From the sequence record SRR2962707_536: a DNA stretch of 36,092 nucleotides; one strand, given 5' to 3'. Positions 10,446 to 19,610 of the stretch are shown piece after piece. Position numbers and translations under genes: made by a program. The notes beneath the pieces are model-generated. The model made no database searches. It worked only from the letters and a program-made list of their open reading frames with translations, and was not told the origin of the DNA. Position 1 is the stretch's first letter. Each line of letters begins with the position of its first letter.

Positions 10446-11582
10446 TCATGTCCTTTCAAAGCCGGAGCCATCGGGTTGGCGGCGATATACTTCTATGCGG
10501 GGCGTGCGGTAGACTTCGATCACGGGAGGGGCTTTCATAGCCGTCGGTTGTTCTGCCGGTGCGGGCGTTGGTGAAGCGGTTTGGCGGACCGCAGGTTTTG
10601 GCCGGTTCCGCGCCGCCTTGGCGGCCTTTTCGATGTCGGCTAAGGCCGCTGAGATCCTGTCTGCTGGAACGGTCGCTTCCGTTTTCGGACCGGTGCTCTT
10701 TGACAGCGCGGCACTTTGAGTGCTGGCCGCGTCAACCAGATCCTGAATAGATCGGCCCAAAATCGCGTCTGCGGAAAGAGTTTGCTGAGATCGTGGTTGT
10801 ATCGAGAAAGCGTTGACCTGCGGAGGCTCTTCCGGTGCTTCCGTTGCCGTGTCTGAGGGTGGTGGTGCGCTGGACCCGGCGCCCAAATAGGCGGCCTGCA
10901 CGGCTGGGTCGTTCATAAGGGCAGAGGCGCTGTCTTCGTGCACGACATGCGCATTTTCAATAAGATAGCCGCGATCGGCAATGGCCAGAGATTGCTTGGC
11001 GTTTTGCTCAACCATCAGCACGCCGATGCCCAAGGCGCGCACTTTGGCCAAATTTTGAAACAGCTCCTTGGACAGCAATGGCGACAGGCCCAAGGACGGC
11101 TCATCCAATGTCAGAATAGTTGGGTTCGACATCATCGCGCGCCCGATCGCGACCATTTGCTGTTCGCCGCCAGACATCGTTCGCACGATTTGTTTGCCGC
11201 GTTCTTGCAGTTTCGGAAACAGGTCGTACACGCGATCCAGCGTCATCTTTTCATCGTCACGTGCGCGGGCTGAATAAGCCCCTAAGGTCAAATTCTCGCG
11301 CACTGACAAGTCTGGAAACACACCGCGCCCTTCGGGGACCAGAGCCAAACCCGCATCGACGATCTTGTTGGCGGCCATGCCGGTCAGATCAGCGCCATCC
11401 AGACGAACGGCCCCTTCAACAACGCCTTCACAAATGCCGCTGGCGGCTTTGAGCAGGGTCGATTTTCCGGCACCATTCGCGCCTAAGATCACAACAATTT
11501 CGCCCTTGGACACTTTTACGGTCGCGTTTTCCAAGGCTCTGTGTTGCCCATATCGAACCGTGACGTTGTTCAACTCAAGCAT
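10446..11582 (-). CDS. ABC ATP-binding protein (LivF-like) with a 144-aa C-terminal extension
   Basis: GANGAGKS, MSGGEQQ, LDEPSLGL, VEQN, AAYLG, then a Pro/Ala-rich tail. Confidence 0.9.
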   Translation of the reverse strand: MLELNNVTVRYGQHRALENATVKVSKGEIVVILGANGAGKSTLLKAASGICEGVVEGAVRLDGADLTGMAANKIVDAGLALVPEGRGVFPDLSVRENLTLGAYSARARDDEKMTLDRVYDLFPKLQERGKQIVRTMSGGEQQMVAIGRAMMSNPTILTLDEPSLGLSPLLSKELFQNLAKVRALGIGVLMVEQNAKQSLAIADRGYLIENAHVVHEDSASALMNDPAVQAAYLGAGSSAPPPSDTATEAPEEPPQVNAFSIQPRSQQTLSADAILGRSIQDLVDAASTQSAALSKSTGPKTEATVPADRISAALADIEKAAKAARNRPKPAVRQTASPTPAPAEQPTAMKAPPVIEVYRTPRIEVYRRQPDGSGFERT

Positions 11583-12306
11583 CGTCATCTCCCAGATAGG
11601 CGCGAATGACTTCGCGATCAGACAGGACTTCCGTTGGTGTGCCTTCGGCAATTTTTGTGCCTGCGGCCATCACGACACAGCGGTCACAGAGCGAGCGGAT
11701 GGCATCCATCACATGCTCGACCAAAATGACCGTGCGCCCTTCGTCCCGCAGGGATTTGATCAGTGTAATCCCGATTTGCAGTTCCGTCGGGTTGAGGCCA
11801 GCCAGCCATTCGTCCAGCAACAAGACCTTGGGGTCTGAAGCCAACGTTCGGGCAAGTTCGACGCGTTTGGTATCGATATAGGTCAATTGCCCGATCGGTA
11901 GATGTCCCTTGCCCCCCAGCCCAACTTGCTCCAGCAACTTTTCGGCATGGCGGTGCGCCTCCGCGCCCCAGTGGCGACGATGCCCAAAGACGGCTCCGGC
12001 GACAACATTGTCCCTTACGTTCATAGAGGGCAGCAATCGCACAAGTTGGAAGGTCCGGCTGACCCCTTTTCGGGTGATCGTCTGCGCCGGCAACCCCGAG
12101 ATTTGGCTGCCCCACAGGTTCACTGTGCCAGCCGTCAGCGGCAATGCCCCGGAAATCAAATTGAGCGTCGTGGATTTGCCAGATCCGTTCGGCCCCAAAA
12201 GGCCGATGACTTCATGTTCGTGGACATCAAAGTCCATGGAATTGACAGCAACAAGACCGCCAAACCGCTTCGTCACACCGCGTAGTGTCAGGACAGGGTT
12301 TGCCAT
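11575..12306 (-). CDS. ABC ATP-binding protein (LivG-like)
   Basis: KRFGGLVAV, GPNGSGKS, RTFQ, LLDEWLAGLN, VEH, AYLG. Confidence 0.92.
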   Translation of the reverse strand: MANPVLTLRGVTKRFGGLVAVNSMDFDVHEHEVIGLLGPNGSGKSTTLNLISGALPLTAGTVNLWGSQISGLPAQTITRKGVSRTFQLVRLLPSMNVRDNVVAGAVFGHRRHWGAEAHRHAEKLLEQVGLGGKGHLPIGQLTYIDTKRVELARTLASDPKVLLLDEWLAGLNPTELQIGITLIKSLRDEGRTVILVEHVMDAIRSLCDRCVVMAAGTKIAEGTPTEVLSDREVIRAYLGDDDA

Positions 12307-12307
12307 G

Positions 12308-13243
12308 TTATACCCCTTCCTTGCCATTGATGCGGACCATGGCCTTGTCCAGCAGGCCAACAAACCCTTTGGGGATAAAGTAGACGATGATCAGGAAGGC
12401 GATGCCCAGCATCAAAGTGGTCTGATTAGGGAAGTTGGACGAGATCAGCTCCCATAAGATTGTGAAGGGGATCACGCCAACCAGCGGCCCCCATAGTCGC
12501 GACGCACCGCCCAACAGGGCCATAATAACAACCTGAAAGGACAGGATGGGCGCAAAGGCCAAGGACGGTTCGATGTAGACATAGCGGGGGGCAAGGATTG
12601 CGCCGGTCATCGCAGCGACCGCGCCGGGGACCATGAACAACAGAACCTTGGCGCGGGCGGTGTTAATACCGGAATGCGCTGCAACGGTTTCATCATCACC
12701 GATGATCCGCAATGCAAAGCCAAGACGTGAGCGACCAATGAGCCAGCCGGACAGGAACACAGCAGTCCCCAATCCCAAAAGCCACCAGTAAATACCGGCT
12801 TCGTCTAAGTCGGTCAGGACATATAGGCCTTTTTGACCCGTGTTATTTTGTACCCAAGTGATGACCTGTCGCACGAGCTCTGCCAGCCCCAGTGTGAAAA
12901 TCACGAAATAGACGCCAGACAAGCGTAGCGTCGCAAGACCGACCAGCGCGGCCAAGATAGCTCCAAGAAGGCCTGCCAATCCGACAAGCGCCCAAAAGGG
13001 GAGTGTGTCGATCCCCAAACCGGTCACATAAGTACCGACGCCAAAGAAGGCCGCTGTTGCAAGGCTGATATAATGTGTGGGGCCTGAAAACAGCGCCCAA
13101 GACGTGGCAAGAACCGTGAACATGGCAATCGTTACACCAAGGCCAAGCCAATACCCGTTGTCACCAAACGGCAGCAACGCACATATGACCACGGCGATAG
13201 CTGCCAGAATAAGGTTGCGGATGTCTGTTCCTGTTAAACTCAC
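12308..13243 (-). CDS. ABC permease (LivM-like)
   Basis: Multi-TM; LRLSGVYFVIFTL, SRLGFALRII, MALLGG. Confidence 0.92.
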   Translation of the reverse strand: MSLTGTDIRNLILAAIAVVICALLPFGDNGYWLGLGVTIAMFTVLATSWALFSGPTHYISLATAAFFGVGTYVTGLGIDTLPFWALVGLAGLLGAILAALVGLATLRLSGVYFVIFTLGLAELVRQVITWVQNNTGQKGLYVLTDLDEAGIYWWLLGLGTAVFLSGWLIGRSRLGFALRIIGDDETVAAHSGINTARAKVLLFMVPGAVAAMTGAILAPRYVYIEPSLAFAPILSFQVVIMALLGGASRLWGPLVGVIPFTILWELISSNFPNQTTLMLGIAFLIIVYFIPKGFVGLLDKAMVRINGKEGV

Positions 13244-14106
13244 GTTGTTTTCTTTCCGAACAGGCCCTGTGGGCGGAACAGTAAAATGCCAAGGAACATC
13301 AGGTAGGCGGCGGCTAAGGTCAGACCCGGATCAATCAGGCTGGCGACCACGGTTTCAACGACACCTAGCAAGAGTGCCGCTACAATGGTGCCGCGCACGT
13401 CTCCAACGCCGCCCATGATGACGATAATCAAAGCCTTGAGCGTGAAGACAACGCCGGTCGAGGCATCCAAGGTCAGGTAGGTCGACAGCAACGCGCCGCC
13501 AACGGCCGTTACCGCACCGCCAAGGGCAAAAGCCAAGGCAGACAGATGCTTAACGTCGATCCCGACCAAGCGCGCAGAGGCGGGCGCGGTGGCAATCGCG
13601 CGGATCGACAGCCCAGCGCGGGATCGGTTCAGCCAAAAGTAAAGGATGCCGCAAATCAGTGTCGCCATCACAAAGGAGACCACACGGTTCTGCCCATAAG
13701 TGTTGCCGAGGATTTCGACAGGCACGGCCATAAAGCTGTACGAGAAATAATCGCCGCCAAAGAAGCTCAGCATCAGACCGACGCCGATGAAGGACAAACC
13801 AAATGTCGCAAGAATACTATCGGTTTCTAGCTGGCCGCGTGTTTTCGCACGGTTCACGAGCGGCTGTAGCATGATGCGATAGATCAGCCAGTTCAGCACA
13901 AAGGCCAATGGGGCGACCAAAAAGATCGTTAACAATGGGCTGAGTTGGGTCGACGTATAGGCGATGAAAGCAAAATACCCGCCTGCGACCAGAATTTCCC
14001 CATTGGCGAGGTTCATGATCCGCGCCACACCATATTGCAAATTTAAGCCCATGGCGATTAACGCATAGGTGCCGCCGAGCAACAGGCCTGTGATCAGAAT
14101 GTCCAT
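13240..14106 (-). CDS. ABC permease (LivH-like)
   Basis: YALIAMGLNLQYGV..IMNLANG, IMGGVG, FRPQGLFG; GTGA overlap with the next gene. Confidence 0.92.
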   Translation of the reverse strand: MDILITGLLLGGTYALIAMGLNLQYGVARIMNLANGEILVAGGYFAFIAYTSTQLSPLLTIFLVAPLAFVLNWLIYRIMLQPLVNRAKTRGQLETDSILATFGLSFIGVGLMLSFFGGDYFSYSFMAVPVEILGNTYGQNRVVSFVMATLICGILYFWLNRSRAGLSIRAIATAPASARLVGIDVKHLSALAFALGGAVTAVGGALLSTYLTLDASTGVVFTLKALIIVIMGGVGDVRGTIVAALLLGVVETVVASLIDPGLTLAAAYLMFLGILLFRPQGLFGKKTT

Positions 14107-14133
14107 CCAAGGATGTCCTTTGTCCTAATATTA

Positions 14134-14160
14134 TTGGGGCAGCAGGAGGCGCTGCCCCAA
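14134..14160 (-). other. Intercistronic stem-loop after the binding-protein gene
   Basis: Perfect 10-bp stem TTGGGGCAGC/GCTGCCCCAA with a 7-nt loop, in the position typical of ABC-operon mRNA stabilisers. Confidence 0.65.
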
Positions 14161-14169
14161 CTGTCGCTC

Positions 14170-15369
14170 TTACTTCCAGCCGTCTTTCAAGATGACGGGC
14201 ACAGTGCCGTCTCGACCGCGCGATGCGACGCCCTTAAAGACCCCGCCTTGCCATTGACCCACGGTCCAGTAATCCGCGTTTGAGTTGTTCTCATCAAAGC
14301 TGATCGGGCCGAGGATGGTCTCAAAAGTTGCCTCTTTGAGATGTGCTGACACCGCGGCGCGGTCCAAACCGACGCTTTCGATGGCCTGACCTAAGATCTC
14401 CAAAGAAGCGTAGGTCGTTGCTGACGCCCAATAGTCCGGCTTTGCGCCTGTGACTGCTTCATGGGCCGACGCATATTCCATAAATGCGGGGCTTGCTGGG
14501 TTCACACCACCTGCACCAAGAACGCCTTCAGCCGCAGCGCCGAAACGCGCGCCATACCCGGGGAAGGGTGTCGCAACAGCCGTGTAGAAGGCCTTTACGT
14601 CGAGATCTTCGATCATCGCCTGTTCGGTCAGACCGAAGGTATCAGGGGGATAGGACCAAGCCACAAAGGCATCAGGACCGGCTGCGGCTGCCCCTTTGAT
14701 GACGGGGGACAAATCCTGAGTTCCTAGCGGATAGGATGTCTCATACACGATATCGAAACCGGCCTCTTTGAACAAAGGTCCAGCGGCGGCTGCCAATTCG
14801 ATCCCAAAGGCATCGGCGACATTCACCATGGCGATTTTGTCACCCATCTGGCCGGCTGCCCGCATGTCGCTTAGAACCTTCACCACATCCGCGGCAAGCG
14901 CCGTTGTTGTGCCCAAAGTAAAGAACATGTTCGGGAATTTATCGGCCAGATCCGCCTGTTGATCTGTGATGGCGGACACCGCAATCTGAGGATAGCCGTA
15001 GCGGTCAAATAGCGGGGCGGCGGCCAGGTTCAGGCCCGTTCCGTAAGGCGCGATGATGAAATGCGCGTCATCTTGAGTGGCCAGTCGCTGTACGGCCTTG
15101 ATCGTTTCGCCCGGGTTGGTCTGATCGTCATATTCGATCAGGTCAATCATCATCTTTTCACCATCAACCATCAGGCCGCCGGCTTCGTTGATCTGATTGA
15201 CCCAGAGTTGGATTGAGGGCCATTGGGTCACGGTTGCGCCGCCTGCCAAGGGGCCGGTTTTTGGCGCGACGGCGCCAATGCGGATGTTTTCAGCGCTGGC
15301 CGTTGTCGCCGCCAGGGCGCTCGCGATTGTCAAAGCACTGACAAGTTTTAGAAATGGTCTGCGGTTCAT
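14170..15369 (-). CDS. ABC substrate-binding protein (Liv/type I PBP family, probably aromatic ligand), Tat signal
   Basis: MNRRPFLK twin-arginine motif and ASA cleavage site; KTGPLAGG, IEYDD, APYGTG, FETILGPISF, VGQWQ; GGAGG RBS. Confidence 0.9.
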   Translation of the reverse strand: MNRRPFLKLVSALTIASALAATTASAENIRIGAVAPKTGPLAGGATVTQWPSIQLWVNQINEAGGLMVDGEKMMIDLIEYDDQTNPGETIKAVQRLATQDDAHFIIAPYGTGLNLAAAPLFDRYGYPQIAVSAITDQQADLADKFPNMFFTLGTTTALAADVVKVLSDMRAAGQMGDKIAMVNVADAFGIELAAAAGPLFKEAGFDIVYETSYPLGTQDLSPVIKGAAAAGPDAFVAWSYPPDTFGLTEQAMIEDLDVKAFYTAVATPFPGYGARFGAAAEGVLGAGGVNPASPAFMEYASAHEAVTGAKPDYWASATTYASLEILGQAIESVGLDRAAVSAHLKEATFETILGPISFDENNSNADYWTVGQWQGGVFKGVASRGRDGTVPVILKDGWK

Positions 15370-15423
15370 TGCGTATCCTCCATTTGCAATTCGTATTGTC
15401 TAACCACCCAAGGTTTTGGGGGG

Positions 15424-16824
15424 CTAAAGTGTTGAAACCTGGCCCTTCCTATGGGACGCGATCCAACGTAGTTCGGTAAATTCATCAATGACGCTTTGGC
15501 CTCCGAAACGTCCGTAACCACTTTGTTTCATGCCGCCAAAGGGCATGGCCGGATTGTCATTGACGGTAGGGCCGTTGATTTGCACGACGCCGTATTCAAG
15601 GTCATCCGCCATCGCCTGAGCCACGGCTTCGTCCTCTGTAAAAATTGCGGCGTTCAGTCCAAAATCGGAATCATTTGCGATCGACAACGCTTCCTCTGCG
15701 TCGTGAACCCGCAGAATGCTGGCCAAGGGGCCGAATGTTTCTTCGTGATAGACCCGCATGTTGGACGAAATGCCGTCAAGCAATGCCGGCTGCATGACGG
15801 ATCCGTCAATTTGCCCGCCTACAAGCAATTTGGCGCCCTTTGCCACCGCGTCTTCGATCAATCTCCTGACACGCTGGGCGGCATCGGCTGAAATCATGCG
15901 TCCCAGATCGGCGTGGCGCAAAGCTGGATCAGCGGCGTCGAGCTGCTGAATGCGGGCTGTGAGCTTAGCAACAAAGGCATCTGCGATGGGCTTTACGACA
16001 ATGATCCATTCGGTCGACATGCATATCTGACCTTGGTTGAAATATGCGCCGAAACACGCGGCCTCAACGGCGGCGTCCAGATCCGCGTCTTCCAATATGA
16101 TCAGGGGGGCTTTGCCGGACAGTTCCAGAAGCACGGGTTTTAAATGCTGGGCGGCAGTCACAGCCACTTCTCGTCCAACACGCGTCGATCCGGTAAAATT
16201 GATCCGCCGAACACACGGATGGGACATCAACCTTTCCATGATTTCCTGCGCGTCGTCTGGTTTGTTGACAATGCAGGACAACGCGCCCTGCGGCAGGCCA
16301 CTTCGGTTTAAGATCTCGACAAGGCGGCCGTGGGTCTGAGGGCACAGCTCGGACCCTTTCATTAACACGGTGTTCCCGCACATTAACGGGCCGGCAATGG
16401 CTCGGACCCCAAGTGTTACGGGGGCATTCCAAGGGACAAACCCCAATGCGACCCCAGCTGCCTGGCGTCGAATGACCGATATGGATCCGTTTTCAGGGTT
16501 GGTCACAATTTGGTCGGCCAACAAAGGCTCAAGACTTGCGACATGGTTAAGGATGCCTTGGGCCAGATCAATGTTGAAGGCGGTCCAATTGGGCGATGCG
16601 CCAATTTCCATCGCGGCCAAATCAATCAAGTCTTTGCGGGCCTTGTCCAATTCGACGGCCATCTCGCGCAACACAGAGGCGCGCTCTTGCACCGGCCACT
16701 GTGACCACACTGCGAAGGCGGATGCCGCAGCATCTGCCGCGATTTCAGCAGACCGCAGTGGATCGCCGGACGCCAAGGCAGCCGAGTCCGCTGCTGGCCC
16801 AAGGTCTGGCACAGCGTTTTGCAA
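15424..16824 (-). CDS. Aldehyde dehydrogenase, vanillin DH (Vdh)-like
   Basis: PWNAP, KGSELCP, RRINFTGST, LELSGKAP, GQICMSTE, EETFGP, GYGRFGG; GGAGG RBS before TTG 16824. Confidence 0.85.
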   Translation of the reverse strand: MQNAVPDLGPAADSAALASGDPLRSAEIAADAAASAFAVWSQWPVQERASVLREMAVELDKARKDLIDLAAMEIGASPNWTAFNIDLAQGILNHVASLEPLLADQIVTNPENGSISVIRRQAAGVALGFVPWNAPVTLGVRAIAGPLMCGNTVLMKGSELCPQTHGRLVEILNRSGLPQGALSCIVNKPDDAQEIMERLMSHPCVRRINFTGSTRVGREVAVTAAQHLKPVLLELSGKAPLIILEDADLDAAVEAACFGAYFNQGQICMSTEWIIVVKPIADAFVAKLTARIQQLDAADPALRHADLGRMISADAAQRVRRLIEDAVAKGAKLLVGGQIDGSVMQPALLDGISSNMRVYHEETFGPLASILRVHDAEEALSIANDSDFGLNAAIFTEDEAVAQAMADDLEYGVVQINGPTVNDNPAMPFGGMKQSGYGRFGGQSVIDEFTELRWIASHRKGQVSTL

Positions 16825-16924
16825 ATATTCCTCCCTTTCTGCGCGGTCAGTTTGCGTCTGCCTCGCAGTGAGCCCGGTAAACGGTGTCACCCAGAGCATA
16901 TGCGTGAAACGGCGCTAAGAAATA

Positions 16925-16952
16925 TTGATTTCCGGGTAAGTCTTGTCATAAT
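16925..16952 (+). promoter_or_regulatory. Putative sigma70 promoter of the AraC gene
   Basis: TTGATT-N16-CATAAT with an extended -10 TG at 16944-16945. Confidence 0.5.
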
Positions 16953-16959
16953 CTGGCGC

Positions 16960-17874
16960 ATGAGCCCGATATTTCTTGATCTGCCGTCTACACCCGCCTC
17001 GCAATCACCGGTTCACGCCGAAGAATTCCGCAGCGGTTTGCGTGACCGATTCATCGGGGGATTGGTCAATTTTCCCGTCCGGACCTGGCAATGTATCCTG
17101 GTGAATTCTGGTAGCATTACGCGTTTTGGGACAGAGGAGCCGGAGGAGTTTTTCGCGCCTGCTGTTGTGTGGGCGCTAACGGATTCAGAGGTGAGGGTGC
17201 GCGCCAAAGCCGGTAGCAGCGGCGCGATTATGGTGATTGGCGAAACGACGTTGTCTAATGCGATCGGGCATAAACCCGAGGCAGCGGCGCTTCGATTGAT
17301 GTCCGCGCGACGCTTTTCACTAGATCTGTCGGGAAAGGACAACACCAAGGAAGGCTTGCTTGCCTGCTTTCGCGCCATTTTTCAGGAATTAGAAGACGAT
17401 CAGGCCGGCATGGAAACCGTGATTGAAGCGCAGATCCGCATCATGCTGGTGTCGTTATGGCGGTCAGGTCTGCATGCCAAAACCGTCGACCTTAGCAATA
17501 CCAACTTGATGCTTGAAGGGTTTCGCCACTTGCTTGAAACGCATTTCCGCGAACGTTGGTCGGTTGGGCGATACGCAAAGGAACTGGGGATGTCGCCGGA
17601 CCGGCTACACGACATTTGCACCCGAACTCTGGGTAATGCGCCGCAGCGTCTTATTCAGGAAAGGCTGACAATCGAAGCGCAAGTGCTCTTGGAGCGGTCG
17701 CACCAGACTTTGGAGCAGATCGCGGATTATCTGGGGTTCAGAAGTGCGCCGCAATTCAGCGCTTTTTTCAAAACGCAAACCGGCTTTCCGCCGGGGACCT
17801 ACCGCAAAGCCCTTAAGCAAAAGGATAAAACAGCGGAACTTGTTCAGTCGCGTACCTATGCCGATTGGCCATGA
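16960..17874 (+). CDS. AraC family transcriptional regulator
   Basis: C-terminal double HTH (ETHFRERWSV..YAKELGMS..RL; IADYLGF....FSAFFK..TG.PP..YR); divergent from the ALDH/ABC operon. Confidence 0.9.
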   Translation: MSPIFLDLPSTPASQSPVHAEEFRSGLRDRFIGGLVNFPVRTWQCILVNSGSITRFGTEEPEEFFAPAVVWALTDSEVRVRAKAGSSGAIMVIGETTLSNAIGHKPEAAALRLMSARRFSLDLSGKDNTKEGLLACFRAIFQELEDDQAGMETVIEAQIRIMLVSLWRSGLHAKTVDLSNTNLMLEGFRHLLETHFRERWSVGRYAKELGMSPDRLHDICTRTLGNAPQRLIQERLTIEAQVLLERSHQTLEQIADYLGFRSAPQFSAFFKTQTGFPPGTYRKALKQKDKTAELVQSRTYADWP

Positions 17875-17881
17875 CGGGAGT

Positions 17882-19438
17882 TTAAGAGAAATAGATTTTG
17901 TATTCTTCGCGGATTTTGCGGTCCAACTCTGGTTCTATCTGGCTCCCGGCTTCGGCCAATAGCTGGTTTTTTCGGCGGATCGCCTCGTCCAAAAGGATCG
18001 GACGTTCAGATTCAATCCATTCCTTCGGGCTCATTCTGTTGCTAAGTTTGGGATAGATATATTCGGTTTGCATAAGACCAAGCGTTTGGTCGGTGCCAAG
18101 GTAATGGCCCGGTCCGCCGAGGCAGACTTCCTTCATCGTTTCAAGGGAAATGGACTCTTCGGTGACGTCGATTCCGCGTACACATCGCATGGTTTGCCCC
18201 AGAATATCGTCCCCCAGAACAAGGCTTTCCATACAGAAACCCAAAAGCGAAGCATGCATGCCCACCGCTTCGTAAACCATGTTTAAGCCTGACAGACCCG
18301 CCATTACGTTGTTGATGCCCTGTTCCCATCCCGCCTGCATGTCAGGCAGTTTGGAATCCGTGATCCCTGCGGCGGCCCCGCCGGGCAGGCCGTAAAACTT
18401 GTGCATCTGTGAACAGCCAGCTGTCAAAAGCCCTTGTTCGGCTGAACCGCCAGACATTGCGCCGGTGCGCAGATCGCTAACGAAGGGCCAAGTGCCAAAC
18501 ACGGCCGGGTGCCCCGGCTTGATGGCGTTGACATAGACAACCCCGGCCAGACATTCCGCCACGGCCTGAACAATGGCCATCGCAATGGGGGCAGGGGCCG
18601 TAGCACCAGCCTGTCCGGCAGACAGCAATGTGATCGGCATACCTGCGTGGATCAAACGCTCCATCACCTGGCAACTTTCTTTGGCGAATTTCATCGGAGG
18701 AACGACGAAACAATTGCTGTTCGAAATAAAGGGCCGTGCACGCCAAGCTGTTTCGCCACCTGCGATCATGTGGATCAAGTCCATGCCCGGCGCAACGTGA
18801 GCGGGTTCTCCGAACGACGTGCCCACATGTTTTTTCGTGCCGGCACAACAGGCGTAGATGGTGTTGAGGTCCATTTCTTTGTTGTCCAAGACGTCGCGAC
18901 AGACCATAGCGCGTTGGAAAAAATGGACGTTATCCAAATTCTGCACCAGTCGCGCTGCGTCATACAGATCTTGCGCCGTCGAGTCGCGAAAGGTTTTTGT
19001 GATCGGATCCACAATGTGAACCGCCGCGCCTGCAGTGCCGTAATGCACATTGTTGCCAGACAGATGCAGGTCGTATTGCGGATCGCGCGCAAACAGCGTG
19101 ATGTCGCGCGCCGCCAGGGCCAGCATGTCTTCGACCAAGGATCGTGGGAATCTGATCCGCCCATCCTCGCCCAGAATGGCGCCAGCCCCGGTCAGGATCT
19201 CTACCCCAGTGGGTGGGGCATCGGACAAGCCGATTTCCTCTAAGGCGACCAAGGCGGCTTCGTGAATGCGAAGAACGTCTCTTTCCGACAAAGGTTTGTA
19301 CTGCCCACCAGCCATTCCCGGACGCACGGGTTGAACGCTCTTGGCCAATGGTGCGGCGCGCAAAGCGACGCGTGCCTTTCGCCCACCGGATCGTCTGTTG
19401 GGTTTCGGCGTCGGATCACTGGCCTCGGAGAATGTCAT
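17882..19438 (-). CDS. Trimethylamine methyltransferase (MttB) family protein, non-pyrrolysine
   Basis: RRSGGR N-terminus, RIHEAAL..LEEIG, GQAGATAP, SDLRTG, DSKLPDMQAGWE, GPGHYLG; no in-frame TAG. Confidence 0.92.
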   Translation of the reverse strand: MTFSEASDPTPKPNRRSGGRKARVALRAAPLAKSVQPVRPGMAGGQYKPLSERDVLRIHEAALVALEEIGLSDAPPTGVEILTGAGAILGEDGRIRFPRSLVEDMLALAARDITLFARDPQYDLHLSGNNVHYGTAGAAVHIVDPITKTFRDSTAQDLYDAARLVQNLDNVHFFQRAMVCRDVLDNKEMDLNTIYACCAGTKKHVGTSFGEPAHVAPGMDLIHMIAGGETAWRARPFISNSNCFVVPPMKFAKESCQVMERLIHAGMPITLLSAGQAGATAPAPIAMAIVQAVAECLAGVVYVNAIKPGHPAVFGTWPFVSDLRTGAMSGGSAEQGLLTAGCSQMHKFYGLPGGAAAGITDSKLPDMQAGWEQGINNVMAGLSGLNMVYEAVGMHASLLGFCMESLVLGDDILGQTMRCVRGIDVTEESISLETMKEVCLGGPGHYLGTDQTLGLMQTEYIYPKLSNRMSPKEWIESERPILLDEAIRRKNQLLAEAGSQIEPELDRKIREEYKIYFS

Positions 19439-19589
19439 ATCGGATCCTCGCTAACTAACATGGGGTGTCTCAGAAGGAGGGCGGACATCCTTGCCTGAGG
19501 CGGGCTACCCGATGGCGGTGTGCCATCGGGCGCAGGTTTTAGATTAAGCTGGTTCTCAAGTTAGGAAAAACACGGTAAATTGACATGTA

Positions 19590-19610
19590 ATCATACGTTG
19601 AGGTTATGAT
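19590..19610. promoter_or_regulatory. LysR-type operator
   Basis: ATCATA-N9-TATGAT inverted repeat containing T-N11-A, next to TTGACA (19580-19585) and overlapping the LysR start. Confidence 0.6.

Noticed and set aside
18509-19243. Long antisense or alternative-frame ORFs (e.g. 18509-19243, 33336-33935, 27363-27905, 11909-12457)
   Set aside because: Shadows of well-supported genes in GC-rich DNA; no motifs or RBS.
19439-19605. Known riboswitch in the mttB leader
   Set aside because: I could not match glycine, SAM/SAH, cobalamin or THF consensus elements by eye; only one clear hairpin.
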